This document shows, in pieces, positions 19,759 to 29,422 of a DNA stretch of 64,000 bases. The DNA lies in assembly GCA_048882485.1 (NCBI GenBank), contig JBHLRP010000010.1:8431-72430 (forward strand), in the 5' to 3' direction. Both the position numbers and the translations under genes were made by a program. This DNA comes from Candidatus Thorarchaeota archaeon. GTDB taxonomy: Archaea; Asgardarchaeota; Thorarchaeia; Thorarchaeales; Thorarchaeaceae. The notes under the pieces are model-generated. The model did not search any database. It saw only the letters and a program-made list of their open reading frames with translations, and was not told where the DNA came from. Numbering within the stretch: position 1 is the first letter of the stretch; each line of letters starts with the position of its first letter.

Positions 19759-20583
19759 TCAGCTTTCATCCATAGCCCCAGTCCTGTATCCAAATACGTC
19801 AATAGTAACGAAAGTGAAGCCCAGGCCAGTAGCATACTTTTGGAACTCGTCAAGCTTCCTTTCATCAAATAGCTTTGAGCGTTCATTTCGTCCAACTTCC
19901 ACTCGCACCAAATCTCCATGATAGCGAGCGCGAACACTCTTTACACCAAAATGGAGCTTAGCGAAGTTTTCGATCCCGGCGACCATCTCAAGCTTCTCAC
20001 TCGTTATCTGGGTCCCATATGGGAATCTCGTGGCTAAACATGCCATGGAAGGACTGTCAGAAACCGAGAGGCCATTCTCTCGCGCGATTTCACGGACCTC
20101 ATCCTTTGTCATACCAGCCTCAAGTAATGGTGAGCGAACGCTGGTTTCTCTAAGGGCTCTTTCTCCCGGTCGATAGCTCTCAACATCACTTGCTGTAGTA
20201 CCCTCGATGACCGTATCGAGTCCTCGTTTCTCTGCTTCTTGGATCCATCGCTGTGCAAGTTTCTTCTTGCATTGATAGCATCGATCTCGTGGGTTTTCTA
20301 CAAGCTCGCCCTCTGCCAACCAGTTATGCCATTCAATGTCATGCTGCAGCCCAAGCTCAGATGCGACACGCTTGGCTACTTCAAGTTCTGATTCAGCAAA
20401 GGTGACAGTATTCATCGTAAGGAGAACCACTTCATTAGCTATATCTCGTGCTATCAAGGCTAGAGTTGAGCTGTCAACGCCACCACTAAAAGCTACAAGC
20501 ACTTTCTTTCCTCTAAGTGACTCTCTCACAATTTCCAGCTTGGAATGATATGACTCTGTCATTTCTAGTCCTATGTCAGCCAC
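19759..20583 (-). CDS. larE: LarE-like PP-loop sulfur transferase
   Basis: AFSGGVDS, NPRDRCYQCK, RPG..A, PSMACLATRFPYG. Confidence 0.85.
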   Translation of the reverse strand: MADIGLEMTESYHSKLEIVRESLRGKKVLVAFSGGVDSSTLALIARDIANEVVLLTMNTVTFAESELEVAKRVASELGLQHDIEWHNWLAEGELVENPRDRCYQCKKKLAQRWIQEAEKRGLDTVIEGTTASDVESYRPGERALRETSVRSPLLEAGMTKDEVREIARENGLSVSDSPSMACLATRFPYGTQITSEKLEMVAGIENFAKLHFGVKSVRARYHGDLVRVEVGRNERSKLFDERKLDEFQKYATGLGFTFVTIDVFGYRTGAMDES

Positions 20584-20630
20584 CCTCTCTAGTCTTAAGC
20601 GTTGAGAACTAGCATAGAATCATTTAGAGA

Positions 20631-22457
20631 TCAGGAAATGTACGGGTCTTCGTCTATGTCGAACCCAACGAATCCCATCTCCTCTAGAATGTCCTCCATG
20701 CTTTCAGCTCCGGTCATCCACCTGACCTGCCACTTCCCATCTTTGCTAAGGATGATCTCAACATCAGGAAGGTCTCCAAGTAGATTGTGGTTCATCTCAA
20801 TCACATCTTGATATGCGCCTGTGAGTGCGATAGCGAAGTATGAGCCTGGTATGTTCTCGATTGACCCAACAGGAATTCCCTCTCCCATCTGACCTATTGG
20901 CATGGTCACAGGGCGGTAGTCCCGAGTGAACCAAATTTCTCCAGTGCCTTTTCGATGAAACTGAGAAATCTCACCATCCGAATCACAAGTTAAGTCACAA
21001 AGCCGCACAGTTGTTTCGGGGTGAAGATGAAGATCACGAATTGGTACAATCGGGAAGTGCTGTTTCACCAGGACGTAATCGCAGGCGCTGTTGAACACAC
21101 TGAAGTTTCCTATCACAATGTGGTCTGGATGCCACAGGCTCTCACTCAGTGCGTCAGACCTCAAGCTCGTTGCTCCTAGTCTTGCGATTCTTCTGCGAAT
21201 CTCAGCTCTCACCTGACCGATCAGTGCCTCTCTCTCCTTCAGTGCAACCAGGGAGTCCGCTAGGGTGCTCTTACCAATCTGAAAGGTGTTCCAGACTTCA
21301 GCAAGCTCGCTGATAGAAGCAGCATCTGCTATCTCTTTCAGCACTGCCTTGTATTGACTCATGCTGCTCTTGCCAATGTCCTCAAGGCTTGGGAATACAG
21401 ACCTTACCTCCAAGGCTTTGATTAGCACCACTGATCCGAGGGCTGTTAGTCCTCGGCCAGATTCAACCAATATGTTTGGAGCTAATCCCTCCGGCCATTT
21501 GATTAGCTCATTCTGGATGCCTCTAACTATCGATTCAGCGTATTGCTCCATCAAGTTTGGTGCGTACGTACTAGTATAGTCAATGGGGAGTCCACCACCA
21601 AAGTCAATCAGGTTGAGATTTGCGAGGCCATTTTGCCGCAACTCCAGAAATGTCCTCGTCATAAACTCTGCAAATCCTACGAAATCCTCAATCGCTGTGA
21701 TTTGAGAACCAACATGTCCCAGAATAGTGGAGACAGAGTCCTCGAATCCTTTTGCCTTCAGCAGGCCTACCACATCGAACAGGTCATGTATACTCAAGCC
21801 AAACTTGGAATCGCGTCCTGCAGAGTGTGACCAATGGCCCCTGGCCGTTATATACGGTTTTATTCTCAGAACCATGTTGACTTTCCCAGGACGGAATCTA
21901 TTTACAATGAGCCGGGCTTCGTGAAGTGACTCAATTGATACCGCAATGTTGTAGCCCTCCTCAATGCAATCCTGAATTGTGTTGAGATATTCAGGATCTT
22001 TAGCACCATTGCAGATTATGAGTCGATGCTTCTCCTTCTCTACCACGGATTTGATGAGGAACAGCTCTGCCTTCGTACCTGCCTCAAGGCCGTAAACAGG
22101 ATTGGTATGTAGGACTTGAACTACATAGTCACGTCGCTGATTCACCTTCACTGGATATACAGCACTAAATTCACCTTTGTAATCCATAGCTTTGATTACT
22201 TTGTAAAACGTGGCAACTAGCTTCCTGACCTGGTACGAGATGAGCTGGGGGATTCGCAGGGTAAAGGAAGATGTATAGCCTGTTCGAGTTCCATTTGCAG
22301 CTTCAATTCGCTTCACAATCTCACGGATTGAGATTGTCCTGCCATCAAGTTTGATGACCAAATCACCTTGCTCATTGATGTCCAGGAAATGAAGATCGTT
22401 GCTACTGAGTCCATAGATTAACCTCGACTTCTCTATCGACCAATCGTCTAAGGTCAG
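20631..22457 (-). CDS. speA: PLP-dependent biosynthetic arginine decarboxylase (SpeA-type); probable CUG start at 22457
   Basis: VYPVKVNQ, GLEAGTKAE, CNGAKD, SKFGL, HVGSQI, DFGGGL, ESGR, LTCDSDG, GAYQD; frame stays open upstream of the track start and encodes WSIEKSRLIYG...FLDINEQGDL. Confidence 0.85.
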   Translation of the reverse strand: MTLDDWSIEKSRLIYGLSSNDLHFLDINEQGDLVIKLDGRTISIREIVKRIEAANGTRTGYTSSFTLRIPQLISYQVRKLVATFYKVIKAMDYKGEFSAVYPVKVNQRRDYVVQVLHTNPVYGLEAGTKAELFLIKSVVEKEKHRLIICNGAKDPEYLNTIQDCIEEGYNIAVSIESLHEARLIVNRFRPGKVNMVLRIKPYITARGHWSHSAGRDSKFGLSIHDLFDVVGLLKAKGFEDSVSTILGHVGSQITAIEDFVGFAEFMTRTFLELRQNGLANLNLIDFGGGLPIDYTSTYAPNLMEQYAESIVRGIQNELIKWPEGLAPNILVESGRGLTALGSVVLIKALEVRSVFPSLEDIGKSSMSQYKAVLKEIADAASISELAEVWNTFQIGKSTLADSLVALKEREALIGQVRAEIRRRIARLGATSLRSDALSESLWHPDHIVIGNFSVFNSACDYVLVKQHFPIVPIRDLHLHPETTVRLCDLTCDSDGEISQFHRKGTGEIWFTRDYRPVTMPIGQMGEGIPVGSIENIPGSYFAIALTGAYQDVIEMNHNLLGDLPDVEIILSKDGKWQVRWMTGAESMEDILEEMGFVGFDIDEDPYIS

Positions 22458-22475
22458 ACTTCACACCTCATATAG

Positions 22476-23924
22476 CTACTGTGACTCATCATCCTTAATT
22501 GAATCCAGCATTCCCTGGAATGCTCGTGCTAGCTCTCCTATTTCGTCATCCTTTGAAGTATATGTCGTGTCCACTTGCAGGTCAAGGGTATCGAGCGGTT
22601 CTTGTTTTATCATAGCTGCGACATTCTTTGTTGCGAGGTCCATCATGTATTGCAGAGGTCCCGTGATTTGGTTTGATATCACAACAGCAACAGCTGCGGC
22701 TATCATGATTCCTGCTACTGTTATCGCTAGGATGAATAATGTTGCTTGAGTGTTTGCAGCCTCGATACGTGCCTCTAATTCAGGAATTGCACTCAATACT
22801 TCATCAACCGGTACGACTATGACGCAAATCCAATTTGCCTTGCCAACTGGAGTGTAAACTAGGATGAAGTCTTCACCATCACGAGTGTATCTTAGGAATC
22901 CGGTTGCGCCTGAACGTATCTGGTCCACATCTTGGGATGATAATGCTGGACTTCCATCAGTATTACGTTCAACGAATGTAAGCGCAGGCAATCCTGTTTC
23001 GTATGCTTCGTCTGGAACCTCTGGGTGTGCAACTACCAGTCCAAGACTGCTCTCTACAAGAGCGGCATAACCTGATGTTAGAACAGTAACATCAAGAACT
23101 TCCTGATTGATGTCTGCAATTGTAATGTCTCCAGCAACAATTCCAATGAGGGTGCCATTCTCGAAGTAAATCGCCCGACCAATGGTCACAAGGAGAACTC
23201 CTTCAAGCGGGTCGAAATATGGTTCTACAAAGACCATATCACCATCACCGTCCTCAACCTCTGTGTAGAAGAAATCTGTCGTTGGATACCATGGATCAAT
23301 TAGTCGATTCTCGATGGGCAGCAAGCTTCCTGGATAGTTGATGAACATGTTAGTATCTTTGAAAACAACGTATAGCCACCTGAAGTCAAGCTGTTCATGG
23401 ACTGATTGAAACATTTGGTCGATGTTTGAAATCCTTGCGAGCCTCTCATCCTCATACAGTTGATAATCAGCAACTGTTGAAGGCGGGACGTACCAGCTGC
23501 TAAATGTCCATGACACATTAAGTTCATAGTTGGGATCATAGGCTGTATCAGCTGGATACTCTCCTGGAGATCCATATTCGAAATAGTAGTCGTAGTAAGT
23601 TCTTCGAGGTATGTACGTTGATTCATCACTCAGAAGCCCCTCTGCTTCCTCAGCTAGTGCTGCAATCATAGACTCAGCATTCGTTAGTTTCTGATTGATC
23701 ACCAGTGCTGTCTTCTCACCGGTAAGATCCATGTTGGTCTGAATCTGTGATTCGAGAGCATTTGTACTCTCTGTAGTGGTGAAGTCTCCAATCAAATTCA
23801 CAAAGAAATATGAGATTCCTCCAGTGACTCCTAGAGAAATGATCGAAATTGTGACGAAGGTCAGTATGACATTCCTGCGGAAACTACCTTTCTTCTTGGT
23901 CCTTGCCATCTTTGACAACATCAT
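22476..23924 (-). CDS. Membrane dCache + HAMP sensor with no cytoplasmic output domain
   Basis: TM, Cache (EPYFDP, GIVAGDITI, GYAALV...AHP), TM, HAMP (DDEIGELARAFQGM), then stop. Confidence 0.8.
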   Translation of the reverse strand: MMLSKMARTKKKGSFRRNVILTFVTISIISLGVTGGISYFFVNLIGDFTTTESTNALESQIQTNMDLTGEKTALVINQKLTNAESMIAALAEEAEGLLSDESTYIPRRTYYDYYFEYGSPGEYPADTAYDPNYELNVSWTFSSWYVPPSTVADYQLYEDERLARISNIDQMFQSVHEQLDFRWLYVVFKDTNMFINYPGSLLPIENRLIDPWYPTTDFFYTEVEDGDGDMVFVEPYFDPLEGVLLVTIGRAIYFENGTLIGIVAGDITIADINQEVLDVTVLTSGYAALVESSLGLVVAHPEVPDEAYETGLPALTFVERNTDGSPALSSQDVDQIRSGATGFLRYTRDGEDFILVYTPVGKANWICVIVVPVDEVLSAIPELEARIEAANTQATLFILAITVAGIMIAAAVAVVISNQITGPLQYMMDLATKNVAAMIKQEPLDTLDLQVDTTYTSKDDEIGELARAFQGMLDSIKDDESQ

Positions 23925-23931
23925 ACACCTC

Positions 23932-26781
23932 CTAGAAATCTACTGTACTTCCTCCTACTTCCAGTTGAGCCATCATCACTCCAACCTCCTGGAACGCTTT
24001 CTCAATGTCACTTCTCACATCTATGCTGTCAAGGACTGAGAGATATTGTCCCTGAGGGATGTGGTCACACACTGAATCAAGTAATTCTTCAAAGGTCATT
24101 CTCCGCCCTGTAATCGGGGATCTCACCTTGGCTTCAATTGGTGCTTTCAGCTCATCACCTACACCGATTATAATTAGGTTGACATCGAGATGATTATCCC
24201 TGATGAATCCTTCAATGGTCAGATGTCTCTTTCTCCGATGTCTATCTTCCTCAGTGAAGATCCCTTCCAACGCATCAAGCGAGTACATCTCAGAGCTATT
24301 GTCTTGGCCATCGGTCAAGGCGATTACCCATCTGTGCTCGCTTGACTCGATTCTATCAAGCTCCTCCAGAGCCCTACCTAGAGCATCGTAGAATGCTGTC
24401 GCATAATTGGGATGCCTGAGAGAGTCTAGGGCACGAATGATGGGGCTGTCTCTCGGACGCTTGTATTCTCCCTTCCTAGTTAGCGGGAGAATCTCTCGAA
24501 ATGATGAGTTGAACACTATAATGCTCACTTCATCTTGTGGATTGACTTGACTCTCTACAATCTCCTTGGCACCTTGAACTGCTGCTCTAATCCTGTTCTG
24601 AGCCTGCATGCTACCTGAGTAGTCGATAACGAGAATCACACTCTTCTTGAACATGATTGAACGTTTCAATCTCTCAGCTTTGCGTCTGATCTCGTGACTC
24701 GGCTTATCTCGCTGATCCAAGACATCAGCTAGATTCTGCATGGCATAGACGACTAACCAGAACTCCTCAGTTATTTCTCCCAGACGAATTGCATCATTGT
24801 ATTCATCTTCAGCCTTCTTCAGTTTCCCTTGAACTTGGAATAGCTCGCCCATGTGATAGTGAATGTATGCCATGCTTCTTTCATAGCCTTCAGCAGCAGC
24901 TGTCTTAAGCGCCTCTTCAAATTTTGAAAGAGCTTGGCTGTATCTGCCTTCCCTTACCAAGACAAGTCCCTGTGCATCGAAGCGCTTGGCAAGGCCTCTC
25001 TGGTTGCCTAGAGTAAGGTCAATCGCTACAGCATCCTCTAGCAGCTCCATTGCCTTTTTGGGATTGTTCTTGTCCATCTCTACAAGAGCCATGTTGTGAT
25101 ATACTGAAGCGACTCTGACCAAGGCATCAGTTTCTTCTGCGCCCTCTTGCCGGGCTCTTTCAAGGAGCATCTTTGCTAGTGCCAATGCTTGTTCATAGTA
25201 ATCCATTGCGTTACCTGTATCTCCACGCTGACGAAACACATTTCCAATGTTCAGATACATTGTTTGCTCGCCAATCTCAATATTGAGGCTGCGACTAATT
25301 TCGAGCAAATTCTGATAGTTCGCCAGGGCTCTGTTCAGGTCACCCCGAATGAAGGCTTGATTTCCGAATCTGATTGCTTCCTGGAAGTTCAGCAGTGCGT
25401 CAACGGTAGTACCAACCTCTTCATACATTGCTCCTGCAGTTGAAACACCGCGAGTAAAGTCCTGGCCTGCCATCTTCGTCACTAGACGTGTCATCTCCTT
25501 TATGGGCTCCACTACAGCGTTTCCTCTCCTGTAAGAAATGAAAGCAACCCCTACAGCCACGCCAGCCAGCATTGCGCCTAGGATTATGGTAAGCAAGAAG
25601 GTCTGGCCAAGGACGAGATTCAGAATATTCGTAGCAGGTCCTATCACTTCTGCTGAGGGGACAACGATGGCAAGCACAAAGCCTGTCACATTGACCTTCG
25701 AGTAGGTGATATACCATTCCTCACCTCGTTTCTGGAATGTATCATGTCCACTGTCTTCAGATAGAATTGTAGGCAGAAGCGATGTGAATTCTGCAATCTC
25801 TGTCGAGCTAGCTCCAGAGAACTCAGCTTCATTTAGGGTCTGCCCTTCAGCAACCAGGTCCGGATGTGCTATGAGTCCTCCATCTGATTCCAAAAGATAG
25901 GCATAGCCGCTCTCTAAGACTTCTATGCCAAGCACATTCGCCATGATGGTGTCAAGGGTCACGTCAGCCGATACGACCCCGATTAGCGTTCCATTGTCAA
26001 AGTGTATGGGGCGTCCCATTGAAATGACTAGACCAGTGGAGGGGTCTCCATAGGGACTTGTAAACGCGATGCTGTCATCTAGTACGGCAGCTGCATTGAG
26101 GTACCACTCTTCTATAGTTGGATCATAATCCAGACCCGGACCGTACCAGTCCTCGAAGTAGAAGAGATTGTCGTAGGGATAGTTCCTGAAAAGGCGTGTA
26201 TCGCTAACGTCCGGAGAGAAGCCCATGTATAGCCATATATAATCCTCACTGGCCTGATGCAGCGAGCGATAGACATTGTCCATGTTGCTAGAAATCTCTA
26301 TGAGACTTCGAGTGGTAGGACTCCAGTCCCAAGGATCATTTGGAGTTTGGTAATCATCAGTTGGCATGTACCAGCAGCTGACATCGAAAGAAATGTCATT
26401 CGAATCATACGCTTCGTCGTATGTGGCCGGATTTCTCCCGGGTATATCCCTTCCACTGTTATACCATTCCAAGGATGGATCCCAGAAGTACGAGTATTGG
26501 GGTGTCGCATTGATTCTCTCATTGAATAAGTCCTCAGCATACTTCTCCATCATGTAGACGCCATCGAAGTATTGCTGCATTCTTTCCGAAATGAAGGACG
26601 CAGTGTCCTCTGAAATCCTCAGAAGATTGGCAAGTTCCTCAGTCCTAAGTGCTTCTGCGGCATCAGCAGCATTTTCATTCGATGTTGTGAAAACACTGTT
26701 TGCTGAGAGTGCCGCTATAATCAGAATTGGCACCAGTGACACGACTACAAAGGTCACCACTATTCGTTTGCTGATATCCAT
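23932..26781 (-). CDS. Membrane dCache-HAMP-TPR-vWA signalling protein
   Basis: Cache (EWY, SPYGDP, GVVSADV, GYAYLL..GGLIAHP), HAMP, about 6 TPRs, vWA with intact MIDAS (DYSGS...T...LTDG). Confidence 0.8.
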   Translation of the reverse strand: MDISKRIVVTFVVVSLVPILIIAALSANSVFTTSNENAADAAEALRTEELANLLRISEDTASFISERMQQYFDGVYMMEKYAEDLFNERINATPQYSYFWDPSLEWYNSGRDIPGRNPATYDEAYDSNDISFDVSCWYMPTDDYQTPNDPWDWSPTTRSLIEISSNMDNVYRSLHQASEDYIWLYMGFSPDVSDTRLFRNYPYDNLFYFEDWYGPGLDYDPTIEEWYLNAAAVLDDSIAFTSPYGDPSTGLVISMGRPIHFDNGTLIGVVSADVTLDTIMANVLGIEVLESGYAYLLESDGGLIAHPDLVAEGQTLNEAEFSGASSTEIAEFTSLLPTILSEDSGHDTFQKRGEEWYITYSKVNVTGFVLAIVVPSAEVIGPATNILNLVLGQTFLLTIILGAMLAGVAVGVAFISYRRGNAVVEPIKEMTRLVTKMAGQDFTRGVSTAGAMYEEVGTTVDALLNFQEAIRFGNQAFIRGDLNRALANYQNLLEISRSLNIEIGEQTMYLNIGNVFRQRGDTGNAMDYYEQALALAKMLLERARQEGAEETDALVRVASVYHNMALVEMDKNNPKKAMELLEDAVAIDLTLGNQRGLAKRFDAQGLVLVREGRYSQALSKFEEALKTAAAEGYERSMAYIHYHMGELFQVQGKLKKAEDEYNDAIRLGEITEEFWLVVYAMQNLADVLDQRDKPSHEIRRKAERLKRSIMFKKSVILVIDYSGSMQAQNRIRAAVQGAKEIVESQVNPQDEVSIIVFNSSFREILPLTRKGEYKRPRDSPIIRALDSLRHPNYATAFYDALGRALEELDRIESSEHRWVIALTDGQDNSSEMYSLDALEGIFTEEDRHRRKRHLTIEGFIRDNHLDVNLIIIGVGDELKAPIEAKVRSPITGRRMTFEELLDSVCDHIPQGQYLSVLDSIDVRSDIEKAFQEVGVMMAQLEVGGSTVDF

Positions 26782-26827
26782 TGCACTGCCTCCTCTCGTT
26801 TGTAGTGATTTGATTCCATTTTCTGGT

Positions 26828-28297
26828 TTACGCCTCTAATTCTTTTTGTAGTATGTTCAAGAATTTCCTAATACTCTGCTCCTTGGCTAGAACGAATGCA
26901 TTACCTTCTATGGTGCCTTCAATCAATCCCTCTCCAAGGAGTATAATCAGTGTTCTTCGAAGAATATTTTGGGGCACTCCAGTTTCCTTTTCCACATCTG
27001 CAATATCGAAGCGCTCATTCTTGTCAAGAAGGTCCTTTGTCATTCTGACCGCAGCTTGAGCCTGAGCGCTTGAAGGCTTGAGTGGCGTTCTAGGTTGCTT
27101 TTCCATCGTTCGTACAAAAACATCTTTGTTGAAATGTCCATCAAGTATCCCTTTCTCAATCATCGTCTGAATGCTTCTTCTCAAGTTATACGCAGCTGGT
27201 CTAGGGAGAGTCTTTCTGAGAATCCTATCCAACTCCTTCAGCTGAATTCTGCTGTGTTTTGATGTGATTGATTCAATGCTATCCTGCATATACTCCTCAA
27301 TCATGTACTCATCTAGAAGCTCAAGCTTAGCTCCGCATGATGAACATTCATGGGCCTCCGGGGATGTGGGTGCTCCACAATTGCCACACTTGATCGCACG
27401 ACGATATAATGTCATCTTCGTTGATCCTATCTCTTGAAGAGTCGCTTTCTCTGACTTCTTCACTTTGACAGTGTCTTGGGCCTCCCAGAAGAGGAGCTTC
27501 CTGTCACGCGTACTTACGACCAAATATGCGACATCAGAAACATCATCAGGTATTCCCGTAGCCAAAGCCTTAGGCGGAGCTGGAAGCATTAATGATGTAA
27601 CCGTATTCCCCTCAATGTCCCAGATCTGCAACTGAGGCGAATGGTCTCCTGTGACAAACAGTTTCCTCTTTCCGAAAGTCAGTACCCCAAATACCGTGAT
27701 TACATTGCCAAGGTCTAGTCGCTTCAGTTCGTAACCAGCTGCAGATAGAATCAACACAGTGCCTTTCCGCTGTGCAATGACTACTTCGAGCTCTGAATCG
27801 TTCGTTATATCTTCCAGCCAGACATCGGATATTGCCTGGTCAACGGTACGACTGAATAGGGCAGTCTGTTCATGGTTCCACAGAATGACTCTCTTATTCT
27901 GTAGGGCTGCGACAACTTCCGCGGCATCATCGCCGTCAACATCTCGTGCATCACATGCAATGACCGTACTTTCAAGGTCGTTTTTCCATAGTACTCTGCC
28001 TTTTTGATTCACAACTAGGAGTCTTTTACCGGCTCCCCCAATAAGAGCATCTTCTCCGCTGCTTTCAACATCTCCTACTGCTATGCATCGAACTTTGCTG
28101 CTGTAACCCCTCGATGACTTTTGAGATCCCACAGTGTCAAAAATCCGTAGCCTTTCTCCATAATCGAGTGAGAAGACCTGCGCCCTCGCGTCCCTCTGCT
28201 GCCTCACGTAGAGACTGTAAACATTGGCGGGAAGAGAAACAACTGAAGTTTCCTGGAATCGCACAGTCCAACAAGCACCTTGTGGAGTTCTGCTCAT
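26828..28297 (-). CDS. Beta-propeller (FG-GAP-like) + Zn ribbon + tandem winged-helix (PCI-like) protein
   Basis: DVDGDDAAEVV and DITNDSELEVV; CGNCGAP...CSSCG; IEKGILDGHF and GEGLIEGTIEG. Confidence 0.6.
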   Translation of the reverse strand: MSRTPQGACWTVRFQETSVVSLPANVYSLYVRQQRDARAQVFSLDYGERLRIFDTVGSQKSSRGYSSKVRCIAVGDVESSGEDALIGGAGKRLLVVNQKGRVLWKNDLESTVIACDARDVDGDDAAEVVAALQNKRVILWNHEQTALFSRTVDQAISDVWLEDITNDSELEVVIAQRKGTVLILSAAGYELKRLDLGNVITVFGVLTFGKRKLFVTGDHSPQLQIWDIEGNTVTSLMLPAPPKALATGIPDDVSDVAYLVVSTRDRKLLFWEAQDTVKVKKSEKATLQEIGSTKMTLYRRAIKCGNCGAPTSPEAHECSSCGAKLELLDEYMIEEYMQDSIESITSKHSRIQLKELDRILRKTLPRPAAYNLRRSIQTMIEKGILDGHFNKDVFVRTMEKQPRTPLKPSSAQAQAAVRMTKDLLDKNERFDIADVEKETGVPQNILRRTLIILLGEGLIEGTIEGNAFVLAKEQSIRKFLNILQKELEA

Positions 28298-28333
28298 GTA
28301 AGCATATAAGGATGCGCAGAAAACAACTCCATA

Positions 28334-29413
28334 ATGAGTCCTTCCATTCCCAAATGTGATGTAGGGTTCCTATGGAGTCCAGAACTCGAAACCTTTGACT
28401 TTGGCTCAAAACACCCCATTCGTGTTGGCCGTTTTCAAATGGTCAGGGATTTCCTTCAGGAAACTCGATTCCTTGAACATCCCAGAGTGAGGATAATTAG
28501 ACCGAAGCCTTTGGCAAGGACGCTTCTAAGTCGAATCCACTCTCAGGAGTATTTGGAAAAGGTCAGAAAGATATCAGAAACTGGAAAAGGTGAGATTGAC
28601 ATCGACACTCCGGGGTTTAAGGGAATATACAATAATGCCAGGATTACGAGCGGTGCAACTGTGACTGGAGTTGAGGCTATCCATTCGAAGAAGGTTTGTC
28701 ACACCTATTCTCCAACGGGAGGATTTCATCATGCTCGCTACGAAACTGGTGGCGGATTTTGCATATTCAATGATGTTGCAGCCTCCGTGTATCGTCTTAA
28801 AGACCTGGGATATGAACGCATTCTGATAGCAGACTTCGATGTTCACCACGGAAATGGAACTCAAGCTTATTTCTATGATGATCCTGGAGTCATGCAGATT
28901 TCGTTCCATGAAGATCCTGAGTGGATGTATCCACATGATGGTTTCATCAAGGATATAGGAGAAGGAGAGGGCATTGGCTATAATATCAACATGCATTTTC
29001 CTATGGACTCAGGAGATGAGGTATATCGATATGCGTTCGATATGATTGTACCACCTCTCTTCAAGTTCTACAAACCTGATTTCATTCTCTTCCTTCCTGG
29101 ATTTGATGCACATTATGATGATCCCATGACTCATTTGAATCTGACAATGAACACAATTCGCTATGTAACGGAAGAAATCCACGCTGCCGCCCACAGATGG
29201 GCTGGCGGCCGTCTAGGTGTCATATCAGGTGGTGGGTACAATCGTGAAGTCTTTCGATATGGAGCAGGAGTAGTGATGTCTGTCCTTACCGGAGCTGTCT
29301 TTAATCCTCCCACACAAACGCCACCCTTTGAGGATGACGATGAAATCTGGGCAGTAGTCAAAGAAAACACTCAGAAGGTTCAGGATTTGGTCTTCTCAGC
29401 ACTCGGAATATGA
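28334..29413 (+). CDS. Histone deacetylase / AcuC family Zn-dependent deacetylase
   Basis: GGFHHA, GGFCIFND, DFDVHHGNG, GFDAHYDDP, GGGY. Confidence 0.9.
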   Translation: MSPSIPKCDVGFLWSPELETFDFGSKHPIRVGRFQMVRDFLQETRFLEHPRVRIIRPKPLARTLLSRIHSQEYLEKVRKISETGKGEIDIDTPGFKGIYNNARITSGATVTGVEAIHSKKVCHTYSPTGGFHHARYETGGGFCIFNDVAASVYRLKDLGYERILIADFDVHHGNGTQAYFYDDPGVMQISFHEDPEWMYPHDGFIKDIGEGEGIGYNINMHFPMDSGDEVYRYAFDMIVPPLFKFYKPDFILFLPGFDAHYDDPMTHLNLTMNTIRYVTEEIHAAAHRWAGGRLGVISGGGYNREVFRYGAGVVMSVLTGAVFNPPTQTPPFEDDDEIWAVVKENTQKVQDLVFSALGI

Positions 29414-29422
29414 AGAGAGATG

